Positions 12,716 through 24,772 of a DNA stretch of 64,000 nt are shown here, in pieces. Each line of letters begins with the position of its first letter. The stretch's first letter is position 1. This stretch comes from Takakia lepidozioides. Lineage: Eukaryota > Plantae > Bryophyta. A program made the translations under genes and the position numbers. The DNA is taken from NCBI GenBank assembly GCA_030704615.1, contig CM060731.1, positions 76,880,001-76,944,000 on the forward strand. The letters run 5' to 3'. The notes beneath the pieces were generated by a model, which worked only from the letters and a program-made list of their open reading frames with translations, was not told the DNA's origin and did no database searches.

Positions 12716-13924
12716 TAAAGGATTGCGTCTGCCGCCCATTCTGCTTTTTAATCCTCCTCCAAATACGCCATACTAGGCAGGCAAAATCCTTTACTTTTTG
12801 GGAAGGCCCCAGAGAGGCCAAATTTTATTTTCCAAGAAAGGATGCGGAAAAAATAACCTCAAATACAAGCCATGAAGGCATAGGAAGGGGACTCCACCTC
12901 GTGACCAGAGTGCAAACAGACCCTATCGTACTAAAAGCACTAGGGGCTAATCAAGGGTTCCCTCTCTTTCACTTGGAAGGCTCAAAGAAAAGCTAAGTCT
13001 TGGACCTGCCTCGCCTAGAGCTTTGATGGTGTCTCCAGTTGACATCTGAGTCAACTCCATCAGCAGGCGAATGGCGGGTGTTAACCGAACTGCCAACACG
13101 GCAGGAGATTGTCGTTCCATCTAATTGTTGATTCAGAGGTTTTGCTGCACAAATAGCCACCATTTGCCCAGGTGACGTCAAAGTCAGAGAGAAGTTGTTG
13201 TCACCTCCTCTCGGAACATCTGGGAAGAGCTGCACACAGGACAATCCAAGATTTTCGAGCCTTAGACAGGATGTCTGAGTGAACTTTAAACAAGATTATC
13301 TTTGCACAGCCCCTATGACCATCGTAAACCCATGAGCACCTAGATTTCCATATGTTCCAGGGTGTGGAGTATTTTACTGCCTATACTGTAGGTCATTCCA
13401 CATAACTGTCGAGAAGACCATAGCGGGTGTGAAATATACTACGGCCTATGTTGTAGGACATTCCACATAAATGTGGAGGATACCACAGTTCACCGTAGGT
13501 TGCTCGTGGTCAGTATCACGATCTAAAGACACCTAAACACAATTCCAAAGCATCACAGCAACAACCTGCTCATGACATGAAGAACTGACTAAGCATGGCC
13601 AGAACAACAGATAGAATGAGCAGATGCAACGATAATTCAGAATTACATAAGTGCTTCATTGCCCAAATACACTTCAGCCTGACATCAAAGAGTCTGAGTC
13701 TGAGTCTGAGATCAAAGATCTGAGTTTGAGTCTGAGGCAGAGGCCAGGCTGCGCAATGCAGCCCTGCATAGAGGTTCAGCCTAAAGCTCCAAAAAATGAC
13801 ATTTGTTTGTTTTCCAAGTTCCTGCATAAGATGCACCAACCAACATTGCATTGTGAGATACTCACTATATTCCAAAGCTACCAGGGAAGGTCACTGAGCA
13901 ACATGCCAAGGCGGAAACACCTGA

Positions 13925-15060
13925 GTCTGGACCCACACTATATCCCTGCTCCTTCAGCTATCCATGCCTCTACACAAATCAAGCATACATCCTTGCCTTG
14001 CTGCTAGCAGCTGACGATGACAAACTAGATTTGTTCTAGGAAACACCCAACTCAACTTATCACACTAGTTCAATTGCATCTGCTACTCTCTATAATCCAA
14101 CAAGCATTCACCTTCTTCCCACCATTGATTAGGGTCAAAAAAGTATTCATTCCACAGCTTGTCCTCGTCCCTGTTACCTGTTTTTGGATACTTTCCTGTT
14201 GTCACATCGGCAATATCATGTCAAAGTCACTCCAAATTAGATTCACTCAACTAGCTAACTTGCAGAATTCAACATGAAAAGTTAGGGCTGATTCTAATAA
14301 GAAGGAAAAACAGGGTGAAATGTGTTGAAGAAGATGCTTTCATTAGCAGTGCCTGATTATATCAATTGTGTCGTTGTTGCCAGTTGACCATCTACCCATG
14401 CAGGTTTTTGGTAGCTATTGATCCACAGGGAATCACAGGTAATGTGGAGCTTAAAATTTGGCCCTCTTAGATGAATCTGGACCCACACTCTATCCCTGCT
14501 CCTTCAGCTATCCATGCCTCTGCACAAATCATGCATTCACCATTTCCGTGTTGCTAGCAACTGACAATGAAAGCCTAGAATTGTTCTAGGAAACACCCAA
14601 CTCAACTTATCACACTAGTTCCTATGCTCAATTGCATTTGCTACTCTCTGTAATCCAACAGGCATTTACCTTTTGCCTTGATTGTCCCACCATTGACTGG
14701 GGTCATAAAAGTATTCATTCCACAGCTCCTGGTCTCTTTGTATCTGTTACCTGTTTCTGGATACTTTCCTGTTGTCACATTGGCAATATCAATCAGTCAC
14801 TCCAAACTATCAAAGGTTCACTCAACCAGCTAACTTGCAGAATTCAACATGAAAATTCAGGGCCGATTCTGATAAGAGGGAAAAACAGGGTGAATTGTGT
14901 TGAAGAAGTGCCTTCTCTAGCAGTGCCTGAATTTATCAATTGTGTTGCTGCTGTTGCAGCTTCCAGCCATCTACCCATGCAGGTTGCTAGTAGCTATTGA
15001 TTCACAAGGAATCATAAGTAATCTTGTGCCTGAAATCTGGCCACACTCTATCCCTTCGCT
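13925..15060 (-). repeat. Tandem ~550-bp units, each encoding a decayed two-exon OSB-type PDF motif
   Basis: Units 13925-14470 and 14475-15060, related copy 17430-17760. Minus-strand translations: IWSDF...DNRK, GPNFKLHITCDSLWINSYQKPAWVDGQL, PDFRHKITYDSL*INSY*QPAWVDG. Confidence 0.8.
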
Positions 15061-15129
15061 TCTTTTTCCCCACACATATGCAGCCATCACAGCCTCCAAA
15101 CTCTCGGTGGTACCCTTTGCCCATCATTT

Positions 15130-16850
15130 GCTCATAGGTATCCAAAGCCTCCATCTCGTGACCCTGCTGGGCATATTTTGCGATCATCACGTTCCATGAT
15201 ACCACATCTTGTGCAGCCATCTTATCAAACACTGCCTTTGCATCCTCGATGGACCCACATTTGGCATAAAAGTCCACGAGGGTATTGTTCAGAATCACAT
15301 CTGGTACAATTCCATCTTTGGCGATGTCACCATGCACCTCTTTGCCCTTTTCTAGGGCTGCTAGGCTTGCACAAGCATTGCGAACGCATACAAAACGTGA
15401 TGTGGTTGCACTTCACCCCTTCCCCCATCAATTGCTCATACGTCTCCAAGGCCTCCATCTCGCGCCCCTGCTGTGCATACCCTGCAAGCATCGTGTTCCA
15501 CAACACCACATCTCGTTCAGCCATAGTGTTGAACAACCCCTTCGCATCCTCAATGCTCCCACATTTGGCATACATGTCCACCAGGGCAGAGTTCAAAATG
15601 ACGATGGGTACAATTCCAGCTTTGACAATGTCACCATGGACCTCTTTGCCATTTTCCAGGGCTGCCAGGCTTGCAAACGCACACAAATGTGACGTGGTTG
15701 GGCTTCACCCCTTCGCAGATCATTTGCTCATAGGTCTCCAAAGCCTCCATCCCGCACCTTTGCTGTGCATATCCTGCAATCATCGCACTCCACAACACCA
15801 CATCTCGTTCAGCCATATTGTCGAACACTCCCTTTGCATGCTCGATGCTCCCACATTTGGCATACATGTCCACCAGGGTATTGTTCAGGATCACATCTGG
15901 TACTAGCTCTGACAATGTCGCCATGCACCTCTTTGCCCTTTTGCAGGGCTGTCAGGCTTGCACACGCACTGCAAACGCATGTGGTTGGGCTTCACCCCTT
16001 CCCCCATCATTTGCTCATAGGTCTCCAAAGCCTCCATCCCGCACCCCTGCTGTGCATATCCTGCGAGCATCGCACTCCACGACACCACATTTCGTTCAGC
16101 CATATTGTCGAACACTCCCTTTGCATCCTCGATGCACCCACATTTGGCATACATGTCCACCAGGGCAGTATTCAGGATGACATCTGGTAGGATTCCAGCT
16201 CTCACGATGTCGCCATGCACCTCTTTGCCTTTTCCAGGGCTGCCAGGCTTGCACACGCACTGCAAACGCTCACAAACGTGATGTGGTTGGGCTTCACCGC
16301 TTCCCCCATCATTTGCTCATAGGTCTCCAAAGCATTCCTACCACACCCATGCTTGGTAAATCCTACCAACATTATATTCCATGTGATCAAAGATCGTTGA
16401 GGCATTATGTTGAATACTTGATGAGCATCCATGATGCTCCCGCACTTAACATACATGTTGACAAGGGTGTTGAGGAGAAAAACATTTGGCGTGAATCCAC
16501 TTTGGATAATGTGAGTGTGCACTTGCTTTCCAACTTCCAGGCCTTTCACCTTGATGCACTTATGCAAGAGACAGACATGCGTTTCTGAATCTGCTGAAAT
16601 GCCTCCTTGGTTTAAAGTCTGTAGAGCCTCTTTCAGTCTGAGAGCCTCTTTCAGTCTGCGTGCCTCACAAGGCATCTTCACATGCCTAGAAGTGCCAGAA
16701 GAGGCATTGTGGATTCCCTCTCTTGATCCTCTTCCAGAAGCTGTGGTCTTGGTTGAGGTGCCTGATTTTATCAACTGTGACGTTGCAGCTGCTGCCTTTA
16801 GTTGACCATCTACCCATGCAGGTTTCTTTTAGCTATTGATCCTAGCTAGT
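15130..16850 (-). pseudogene. PLS-class PPR pseudogene (frameshifted, no E/DYW)
   Basis: Repeated ALVDMYAKCG, VVSWSAMLAGYAQQG and HITFVSVCSACAS motifs spread over several frames. Confidence 0.9.
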
Positions 16851-16959
16851 GCCTTGTTCTATTAATGTGTTGCTGCAGTTGCTGTTTCCAGTTGACCATC
16901 TACCCATTTGTAGCCGCTGTGCTATTGAAGAAGGTGCCCCCTTTCCCCATTTCCCAGAG

Positions 16960-17660
16960 GACCCAGGCTTGCACACGCTTTTGCAAACACAAACACCCAT
17001 GCGTGGTAAATCCTTCCAGCATTGTATTCCATGAGATCAAAGATCGTTGAGGCATTCTGTTGAAAACTCGGTGAGCATTCATGATGCTCCCGCACTTAAC
17101 ATACAGGATGACAAGGGTGTTGAGGAGAAAAACGGTTGGCGTGAGTCCAATTTGGATCATAATATGAGTGTGCACCTGCTTTCTAGCTTCCAGACCTTTC
17201 CTCTTGATGCACTTAAGCAAGAGACAGACATACTTATCTAAATCTGCTGAAATTCCTCATTGGTTTAAAGTTTGTAGAGCCTCATTCAGTCTGCCTGCCT
17301 CACAAAGCATCTTGACATGCCCAGAAGTGCCGGAACAGGCATTGTGGACTCCCTCTCTTGATCCTCTTCTAGAAGTTGTGGTTATGGTTGAGGTGCCTGA
17401 TTTGATCATTTGTGCCGCGGCTTCCAATTGACCATCTACCCATGCAGGTTTCTTGTAGCTATCCTTCCACAGGGAATCATAGGTGATCTGGAGCTTGAAA
17501 TCCGGCCCGCTTCGATGAATCTCAACCCACTCCCTGCTCCTTCATTCCAGAGCTTCTCCTAGTTTCTCTTATCTGTTTTCAATACTTTCCTGTTGCCACA
17601 TAGGCAGTAACATGTCAAAATCACTTCAAAACCCCCGGTACCATAGATCCACCAAGAGCT
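16960..17660 (-). pseudogene. PDF-motif/PLS-PPR fusion gene fragment
   Basis: One frame from 17520: IHRSGPDFKLQITYDSLWKDSYKKPAWVDGQL...MLCEAGRLNEALQTLNQ*GISADLDKYVCLLLKC...LLNTLVILYVKCG. Confidence 0.85.
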
Positions 17661-17842
17661 AACTTGCAAAATTCAACATGAAAATTAGGGACAACTCTGA
17701 TAACAGGGAAAACAGGCTGAAATGTATTGAAGAAGGTGCCTCCATTACCGCTGCCTGGTTCTATCAACCGAGTCTGATGGGAGGGAAAACAGGCTGAAAT
17801 AGGTCAAAGAAGAAGGTGCCCTCACCAGAATTCCATAATGGG

Positions 17843-19383
17843 TCATACAAGAAAGCAAATCTGGTTTAGCTTGTAAGCTGAACAAATCACTTTACGGGCT
17901 CAAGCAATCATCACGGGCATGGTACCAAAGATTTGACACCTATTTGATGACAATAGGGTTTGATCGAAGCGTAGCTGATTCGAACATCTACGCGCAGCGG
18001 AAGAACACGAGTTACCTTATTCTGGCATTATATATTGATGATACTATATTGGCTAGCAATGATGTGAATTTCTTGCAAGAGATCAAGAAGCTCCTCGAAT
18101 CTGAATTTGAAATGATGGATATGGGGGAGATCCACTACTGCCTCGGGATGCAGATTTCAAGAAACAGGAGAGAAGGATGGATCAGATTGTTGCAAGAAAG
18201 GTATTTGCTTGGAGTGCTGCAAAGATTCAAAATGGAAAATTGTAAGCCAATTAGCACCCCAATGGAGACCAGGGAGAAGCTAACAAAGTCAGATTGCCCA
18301 GAAACTGAATATCGAAAAGCTTTGATGCAAGAAGTGCCTTATTCACAAGCAGTCGGTTGTTTGATGCATGCTGTTGTCAACACCCGACTTGATTGCTCAT
18401 TTGTAGTGGGTAGTCTCGCTCAATTCCTATCGAACCCCGGAGAGCCTCATTGGCAGGCAGCAAAGAGGGTGATGAGTTACATAAAAGGCACTTTTCACAT
18501 TGGAATTCAGTATTGTAAATCGGACACAAGAGCAACCCTAATAGGTTTTTTAGACGCGGATTGGGCTGGAGACATAGACACTCGACGTTCAACATCGGGT
18601 TTTTGCTTCAAGCTAGCAGGTGATGCAGTAAGCTGGTCAAAAGCAAAAAGCAGAGGTCCGTGGCTTTGTCAAGTACTGAATCCGAATACATGGCTTTATC
18701 AAAGGCTGCAGCAGAGGCAATGTGGCTCAGGAGTCTGATAATGGACTTGGGATTTGTTCAGAAGAAGGCTACTATAATTTATGCAGATAATCAAAGTGCA
18801 ATAGCGCTATCTGAAAATCCTAAGTTTCATGCTCGTAGTAAGCATATTGACATCCAGTATCAATACAGACGAGAAAAGGTCCAGTCGAAGGAAGTGACAT
18901 TGGAGTACCTTCCAACATCTGAAATGATTGTTGATTTCTTGACGAAGAGCATTCCGAAGGAGAAACACTTTCTTTGTGCGAGAGGGGCTGGATTGAAGTG
19001 GAACAAGAGGCCAAAGCAAGATTCAGACAAGATGGAAGACACTACGTATATACTGCCAGAGTATTAGTGGGAGTGAAGGAATACATCTATAATTCTCTAT
19101 CAGTGTATAGTGTAGGATGTACTAGATTATAGATTAAGGTTGTGCAGTTACATCCAAGTCTTACATCTGAAGTGGTTAGGTGGTTGAAGTCACCAAGGAG
19201 TGTGGAATGGTACAGAGCTCAACAGTTGAGTAGATGTAGAACCACCACACTCAGCCGAGACACAGAGAGTGCAGATCTCTCTTGTGAACACTTTCTCTCT
19301 TGATGTAAGATCTATTTAATCTAGTTCTATGTTTTACACGATTATGTGTGTGATTGACTTTGGATATAATAGGTGTTTTCACA
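17843..19383 (+). mobile_element. Ty1/copia element, 3' half (RT C-terminus, RNase H, PPT, 3' LTR)
   Basis: CKLNKSLYGLKQSSRAWY, LALYIDD, DADWAGD...RRSTSG, ALSSTESEY, DNQSAI, KHIDI; purine tract before the LTR; followed by CTATG. Confidence 0.95.
19074..19383 (+). repeat. 3' LTR of the copia element
   Basis: TGAAGG...TTTCACA, matches the reverse complement of 6005-6322; TSD CTATG at 19384-19388. Confidence 0.93.
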
Positions 19384-19526
19384 CTATGTACGGTGTGTCA
19401 AAATCCTCGGGGCAGCAAAAGATTCTCACGAATTCACTAGACGAAGAGAAAAATTGTGGCATCGAAAGAAGAAATTCAAACTTGTAAGAATTATTCTCCG
19501 AAGCAATTAGCCCGTAAGAGACTCAC

Positions 19527-20391
19527 AAAAGGTCTTTTGTGGAATAGGACGGTGTAATCGCTTCCTACTGCGGCGTAGAAGAAGGTATACAGCGAGAGCG
19601 ACAACTATTGCTGTCAAAGCCACAGCCCCCACTACAACGCCTGTTATTCCTTTTGTGGATAGGCCGTCAGAAGTGGCCACATCTGTACAAAAATGTCAAG
19701 AGTTAAGAAGTGTTCAAGTACTGAAGTAGTGCTCTGGATCTCAATGTACAATGAGGTGGTGTGTGTATGCTGACGATTCCTAAGGTATATGTGGAGACTT
19801 TAGACAAGGAAGGCATGTGCATACCTTCTTGGTAGAAATTAAGCAGCTCGTAAGGCCCGATAACAGAATGAAATGAAATGAAATGGTGCTTTATAACGTC
19901 CGCGGAAAGCTCATAGAGAGACAGACCAGGTGGTCCCGGCTGATAGTCCCCAATTGGCAAATGCATCAAACATGCTCTGGTACTCGGTTGGATCAAACGT
20001 AAGGTTCGAAGGGAACAACAAAAGACTTGTAACCAGCCTGGATCCTGGAAGCCACTCGGGCGCACCCTTTAATTGCACTTGGGAAGCCGTAAGATTCAGC
20101 ACACTCGTGACAAGTGTTATATACTCATCTTTAAAGCGATCAAAGAAGGTGAAGCTGGGGCTCTTGAGTCGAATTGTGACTCTGATGGGTTGTGTGCATC
20201 GACAACCGCCACCTGATTGTTGGGGTGCTAATATGCTTGGAGAAGGACACGGTTTGCAGTTTGTCGTTGAAGTAGGGCTGTCGTCTTTAGAATCCTCCGC
20301 TAGTAAGACATCTTCATCCATTGGAAGAGTACACGTTCCCATGTCCACAGTCGCATTCAGTATGTTGCAAGGTGCTGGGTTGCCACTCAAC
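19527..20391 (-). pseudogene. LRR-VIII-1 RLK juxtamembrane ectodomain and transmembrane exons (other half of the 6576-9153 gene)
   Basis: LSGNP...CRCTQPIRVTIRLKSPSFTFF...WLPGSRL...VIGPYELLNF; TM exon 19682-19527 GITGVVVGAVALTAIVVALAVYLLLRRSRKR. Confidence 0.85.
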
Positions 20392-20409
20392 CTAAAACCA
20401 ACCTTATCA

Positions 20410-20900
20410 TACTAGAGAAATGGCCGTGATAGGCCGATTCTGCCCTGTGCGCGGCCTTTGGGCAAGCCCGTCAGGGCGAGCCCTATGGCCACGCACAGGG
20501 CAGAGTCGGCCAAACACGGCCCGTTCATTGGCGTTAAAGGCAGGTGTGGCATATTCTCGCCGCCACCTGGTGCAATATGATTGGGGGTCAATTATCCCAT
20601 ATCGATTGCCCAGATTCAAGGCCCTGAGAGGATATAAACGGGACGAGCCACAAGGGAAGGTGGACGGTATGATGGCTACTGACTGATGACATGGCCCTGG
20701 TGGTTGCTCTGCCATCCTCCATGCATAATCGGCCATACCTGCCGCTTCTGGGTGGCCGATTCGGCAGGAGACCCTGGGTGGCCGATTCGGCCTGACAATG
20801 GGGGCTGCTATTTCATGAGCGGCATGAGCATGAGCGGGAAAAAAAAAAGCATGACCGGGCCATTGTCTGTCCACGGAAATAGGGTTAGGAGGCACGGAAA
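20410..20900. mobile_element. CACTA-like transposon terminus with GC-rich subterminal repeats
   Basis: TACTAGAGAAATGGCC (CACTA with C>T) at the point where the RLK ends; repeated GGCCGATTC(GGC) motifs; partner TIR not found. Confidence 0.55.
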
Positions 20901-21009
20901 TAGGGTCATGTGGACTCGTCATAGCAATGAAATGCAACATTTTATTGCAAATTTTGTGGCAAGCCACGTCTATACAAGTGTGTCCTAACTGTCATAGCAG
21001 GAATGGGAA

Positions 21010-22400
21010 CTACTCTCCTACACCTTCCGAGGAACTTGGCCCTCCTTCTTCCTCATCCCCCTCATCCCCCCCATCCTCCGAGCCCTGTGATGCATCGGTT
21101 GCAGTATGCCTCTCAAAAATGTCGTCCTCTCCTTGGGGGACTGTCCACCTCACCTCCTGGGAATCTTCTGCCGCTTCTCCCCCACTTTCCTCAGCAGAAT
21201 CCAAGACAAATCTACGAGCCCGACGGGCTCTAATAGCTGCTGCCTCCTCCCTCATCTTCATTTTCTTGAGGCTTGCCTCGTCTAAAATCTGCTGTACACG
21301 ACTAGGTTCGGAACACCTCCTAATGGACACCGAAGCAAGCCGGGCAGCATAAGTAGGAAGGATGTAGTCCCTTTCTGGACTAGGCATGAAATCCCCCCTG
21401 GCAAAAAAAGGCATGTTCCTCTTGCCCATGAATTCCGGTGTAGACGTCCCTCCTGCCGTACTTGGCATCCTACAGTAAGAACAAATCCACTTCAAGAATG
21501 TCAATACCAGCAGAAGCAGAAGGGTTCTCAATGAAATAAGAGAGCGAAGGGAGGTGCCTCACGAAATCTGGAGGCAACTTACAATGCGACCACTCACTCG
21601 TACACCGGGGGCTCCTCGGCCTCGATCCCAACTTGTTCCTCCCCCTGCTCCTTCGGATTTTTCCTCATCCTCCGAGGATGCCTCTTCCTCTTTTGGCAGA
21701 CGTTCAGCCGCTGCAAGTTCCGAGTTGTGGAGGGCAATATCTGGCTCGAAGGCGAACACATGCCTGTCGGACAACGTCCCTGCCCACATTGAAGCACCTG
21801 AGGAACACAGCGGGTGGTTAATAGCTTGCGGCATGCAATTGCAATCGGGCCAGGGACAAACTGAGCACGTGAAGGCTTACCCGTGCCGCATGTGAGGTCT
21901 AGAATCCGCCCTTGGACATCCGAGCACGTCTCCATGAGGGTTTGGATGAAAGCAGGGCTCCGGGTCCGGCTGTACCGCCACGGTTTGCCTGTCTTTGTGT
22001 CCTTCGGCATACTGGAGTGGGGCACATAGTTGTAGAGGACATCGTAGGTAACAGGGTCCACAGCGGCATCAACAAGACGACCGTCGTTGCGGAATTTGAA
22101 CGTAGACCCTCTCTTCACAAAGCAATATGCCTCAAACACCAATGTCTGCACATCCAACAAAAGAGGGATCAACTCCGGGATCTAGTTTAGATACACCACA
22201 ATATGAGGTGAATGCAATAGATTGATAACTTACACTTTGGCCCTCTGTTCGCAACCCCTGTGTATTGATGCAGAACCATTTTTTGAGGAGGACCGGGGTG
22301 ACACTTTTCGGTGTCCATCTTGCCACCGCATTCTTTGTGGTCTTCCCTCTTGTGGCAAGGACAACCACACATCCACCATCATCCACGAGTCAAGGAACAA
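21010..22400 (-). pseudogene. Intron-containing beta-class amino-DNA-methyltransferase-like gene (partial/decayed) with acidic C-terminal tail
   Basis: Spliced translation LVDDGGCVVVL...KPWRYSRTRSPAFIQTLMETCSDVQGRILDLTCGTG|ASMWAGTLSDRHVFAFEPD. GT-AG introns 22233-22182, 21880-21798, 21582-21470. No DPPY-like motif visible. Confidence 0.7.
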
Positions 22401-23539
22401 GCCAAACGAGGCCTCTTGACTGGTGTGGGGCCCACCGTTACAGAACGCCCGGTTGCTCTTTTCGTATGAGTCGCGTGCAGGTCTGTCTTGGCCGAGCTGC
22501 TGCCGATGTTGCCAGCGCCAACACTTCCACCATCTTGCCGGCGTTGCATGCCTTGCCGTGGTTTGGCGGTGACATCGCTCCCCGAATCGAGGGGAATTTT
22601 CCTCTATTGGTTCTCTACTCTCTACTCCTAAGCCAACAATAAACATTGTAAATGCCCTCCACTATGAAGTCTATCTATACAGAGTATACTTACATAAATA
22701 TATACATGAAAAAGATTTTGTGATTGAGACTTCTGAAAGCACAAGAACTGGGGGTGGAGCTCCCCCCCCACGCGTCAGTGTTCTTAGCTAAGTCTGTAGC
22801 CATGATTTATTCTTTAGGGTTCCGCTACATTTGTAATTTTCTTGTACTCTTTTCTGTTATCTTTAGCGCCTCCGCTATTCTAACCTCAGCTAACGTGCTG
22901 CCGGCGTGCACTTCTGCTCCTTTTGCTCCCACCCCAAGTCCTTCTTGCACCACGCCATGGCCTCAGCCTCCTTCCTCCTTCCTTTACCACTATCCTACCC
23001 AGCTGCCTGACACTGCACTTCCATCAACCTCCGTATTGCATTATTCGGCTTTAGATCTAGCTCATTACATTGCTAACAAGCCCCCCCCCCATGCAGGTCA
23101 CTATAAGGCTCTACATTCTTGCTTCTATGCCTCCGCCTTCCCTCTGTACTGGTGGCAAACAACTTTACAGCTTTGATAAAGGAAACGATAGCACCAAGCC
23201 TCCCAGTGACCTCTCCTGCTTGGCGCAGTTCTACACGCCGCACTACCAGCGCCTTACATCTCTATGGGCGTGGTAGCCACAGGCAGACTCATCAGCACTC
23301 CGAGCTTTGGCCTCTCCCCGCTATAAGCCTTTTTTGTATGAAAAGCAGGTACCAGGCCTCGACCTGGAGAACGTGAGTATCAGACTTCCCAGCTGCCATC
23401 CCCACTCAACGCAATTTTGCGCACAATACCTTCAGCGATTTACATCTCTCTCGCTGTTACGAATGCAACAATAGTTACCAGCACACCGAGCTAATCCCCC
23501 TGTCATCAAGATACCATACTGGTGTCTGTATTTAGCCAG

Positions 23540-23909
23540 AATCGACACCAACAATGACAAGCCAACATATGGTGAAGAGACATTTCTACTATTCTTGCAA
23601 ATGAAACGAGAAGGCGTGGATCCAAACAAAGTCACTGTCATGAGCATCTTGAGCAGATGTACCAACCCAGAAGCTCTTGAACAGGGCAGGTGGCTACTTT
23701 CTGAAATCATCAAAGACGGATTTGAGGTAAATGTCCGAATGGGGACTGCTCTTGTCAGACTGAACTGTAGGTGCGGGAGTGTGGCAGCTGCGCGACGAGT
23801 CTTCTTGAAGATGCCCGAACACAATGTGATCTTGAGGACTGTGATGATTGCAGGGTCTACTGGGCACGGTCATTATGAGGAGTCTTTTAAGCTGTCTCCA
23901 GAAATGTAA
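23540..23909 (+). pseudogene. PLS-PPR fragment
   Basis: QMKREGVDPNKVTVMSIL...NVRMGTALVRLNCRCGSVAAARRVFLKMPEHNVI. Confidence 0.8.
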
Positions 23910-23983
23910 AGGGAATGTGTTAGACCATACAAGGTTGTCTTCCATCTTAACTAACTAAGGAACAAACTTCAGTCTCGTCAAAC

Positions 23984-24602
23984 TGTCAAGGACGAGAACA
24001 TGACTGAACACAAACAAGAGATCAGACTAGAGGTACAAGACTAGACAAGAAGTCAAGGTTGGCGTGGCCGAATGCATGATGAGTAAAATAGGAATCAAGA
24101 CGATCTTTATAACAATGAACAAGAGTATAAGATATTGGAACACGACTTGAATACTGGAATGCTGAAAACTGGACTGGAGTACTAGATACTGGAAACTGGC
24201 TTAAAGTACTGGACTGGAGTACTGGGAACTGGAAATAAGAGTAGCTTGAACTGGTGCTAGCGAGACTGAAGAGTGTCCAGTCTCACCTCCTATATATACT
24301 GACTACTAGGAGGTTCCCTAAGAGGCTTCCCCAAAAGAGGTATCTTGATGGAGAAGTTTTCAAGGTTAAACAAAGGTTTCTTGAAGGAGAAGTTTCCTTA
24401 AACAAATGAGGTATCTTGATGGAGAAGTTTCCTGGGCAGTTTCCCAAGTTACTCTCGGTAATTTGATAAACTCCCAGTAAGTTGGTAACTAATGGTAAAT
24501 CATGGTAGATCATGATAGATCACGGTAACTTTTGGTAACATGGTAACTTAGTATCTTCTGGTATTTACTCTTGATAAGTTCCTATGGGCTATGTCCGTGA
24601 CA
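23984..24602. mobile_element. Probable solo LTR (Ty3/gypsy-like)
   Basis: TGTCAAGGAC...GTCCGTGACA terminal inverted ends with internal short tandem repeats; flanks CAAAC/CGAGC match only imperfectly. Confidence 0.6.
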
Positions 24603-24772
24603 CGAGCGATAGTTGTTCTAATGCTCACTCATGTGCATGGCCGGGGATTGTTCCCAATCAATGGCAGCACCTCCGAAGCCCCCTCTTCGGCCTCAATGAG
24701 TTCGACCGATCTGACATAAACTGGAAACATATTACGACAACAGCAAAATCTAGACTCCTCTTCAACATATAG

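Noticed and set aside
22700-23430. 150-aa plus ORF as possible LINE ORF1 or gene
   Set aside because: No motif recognised; cannot support a call.
24140-24560. Short repeats resembling a CRISPR array
   Set aside because: Irregular tandem repeats inside an LTR, no unique spacers, eukaryotic context.
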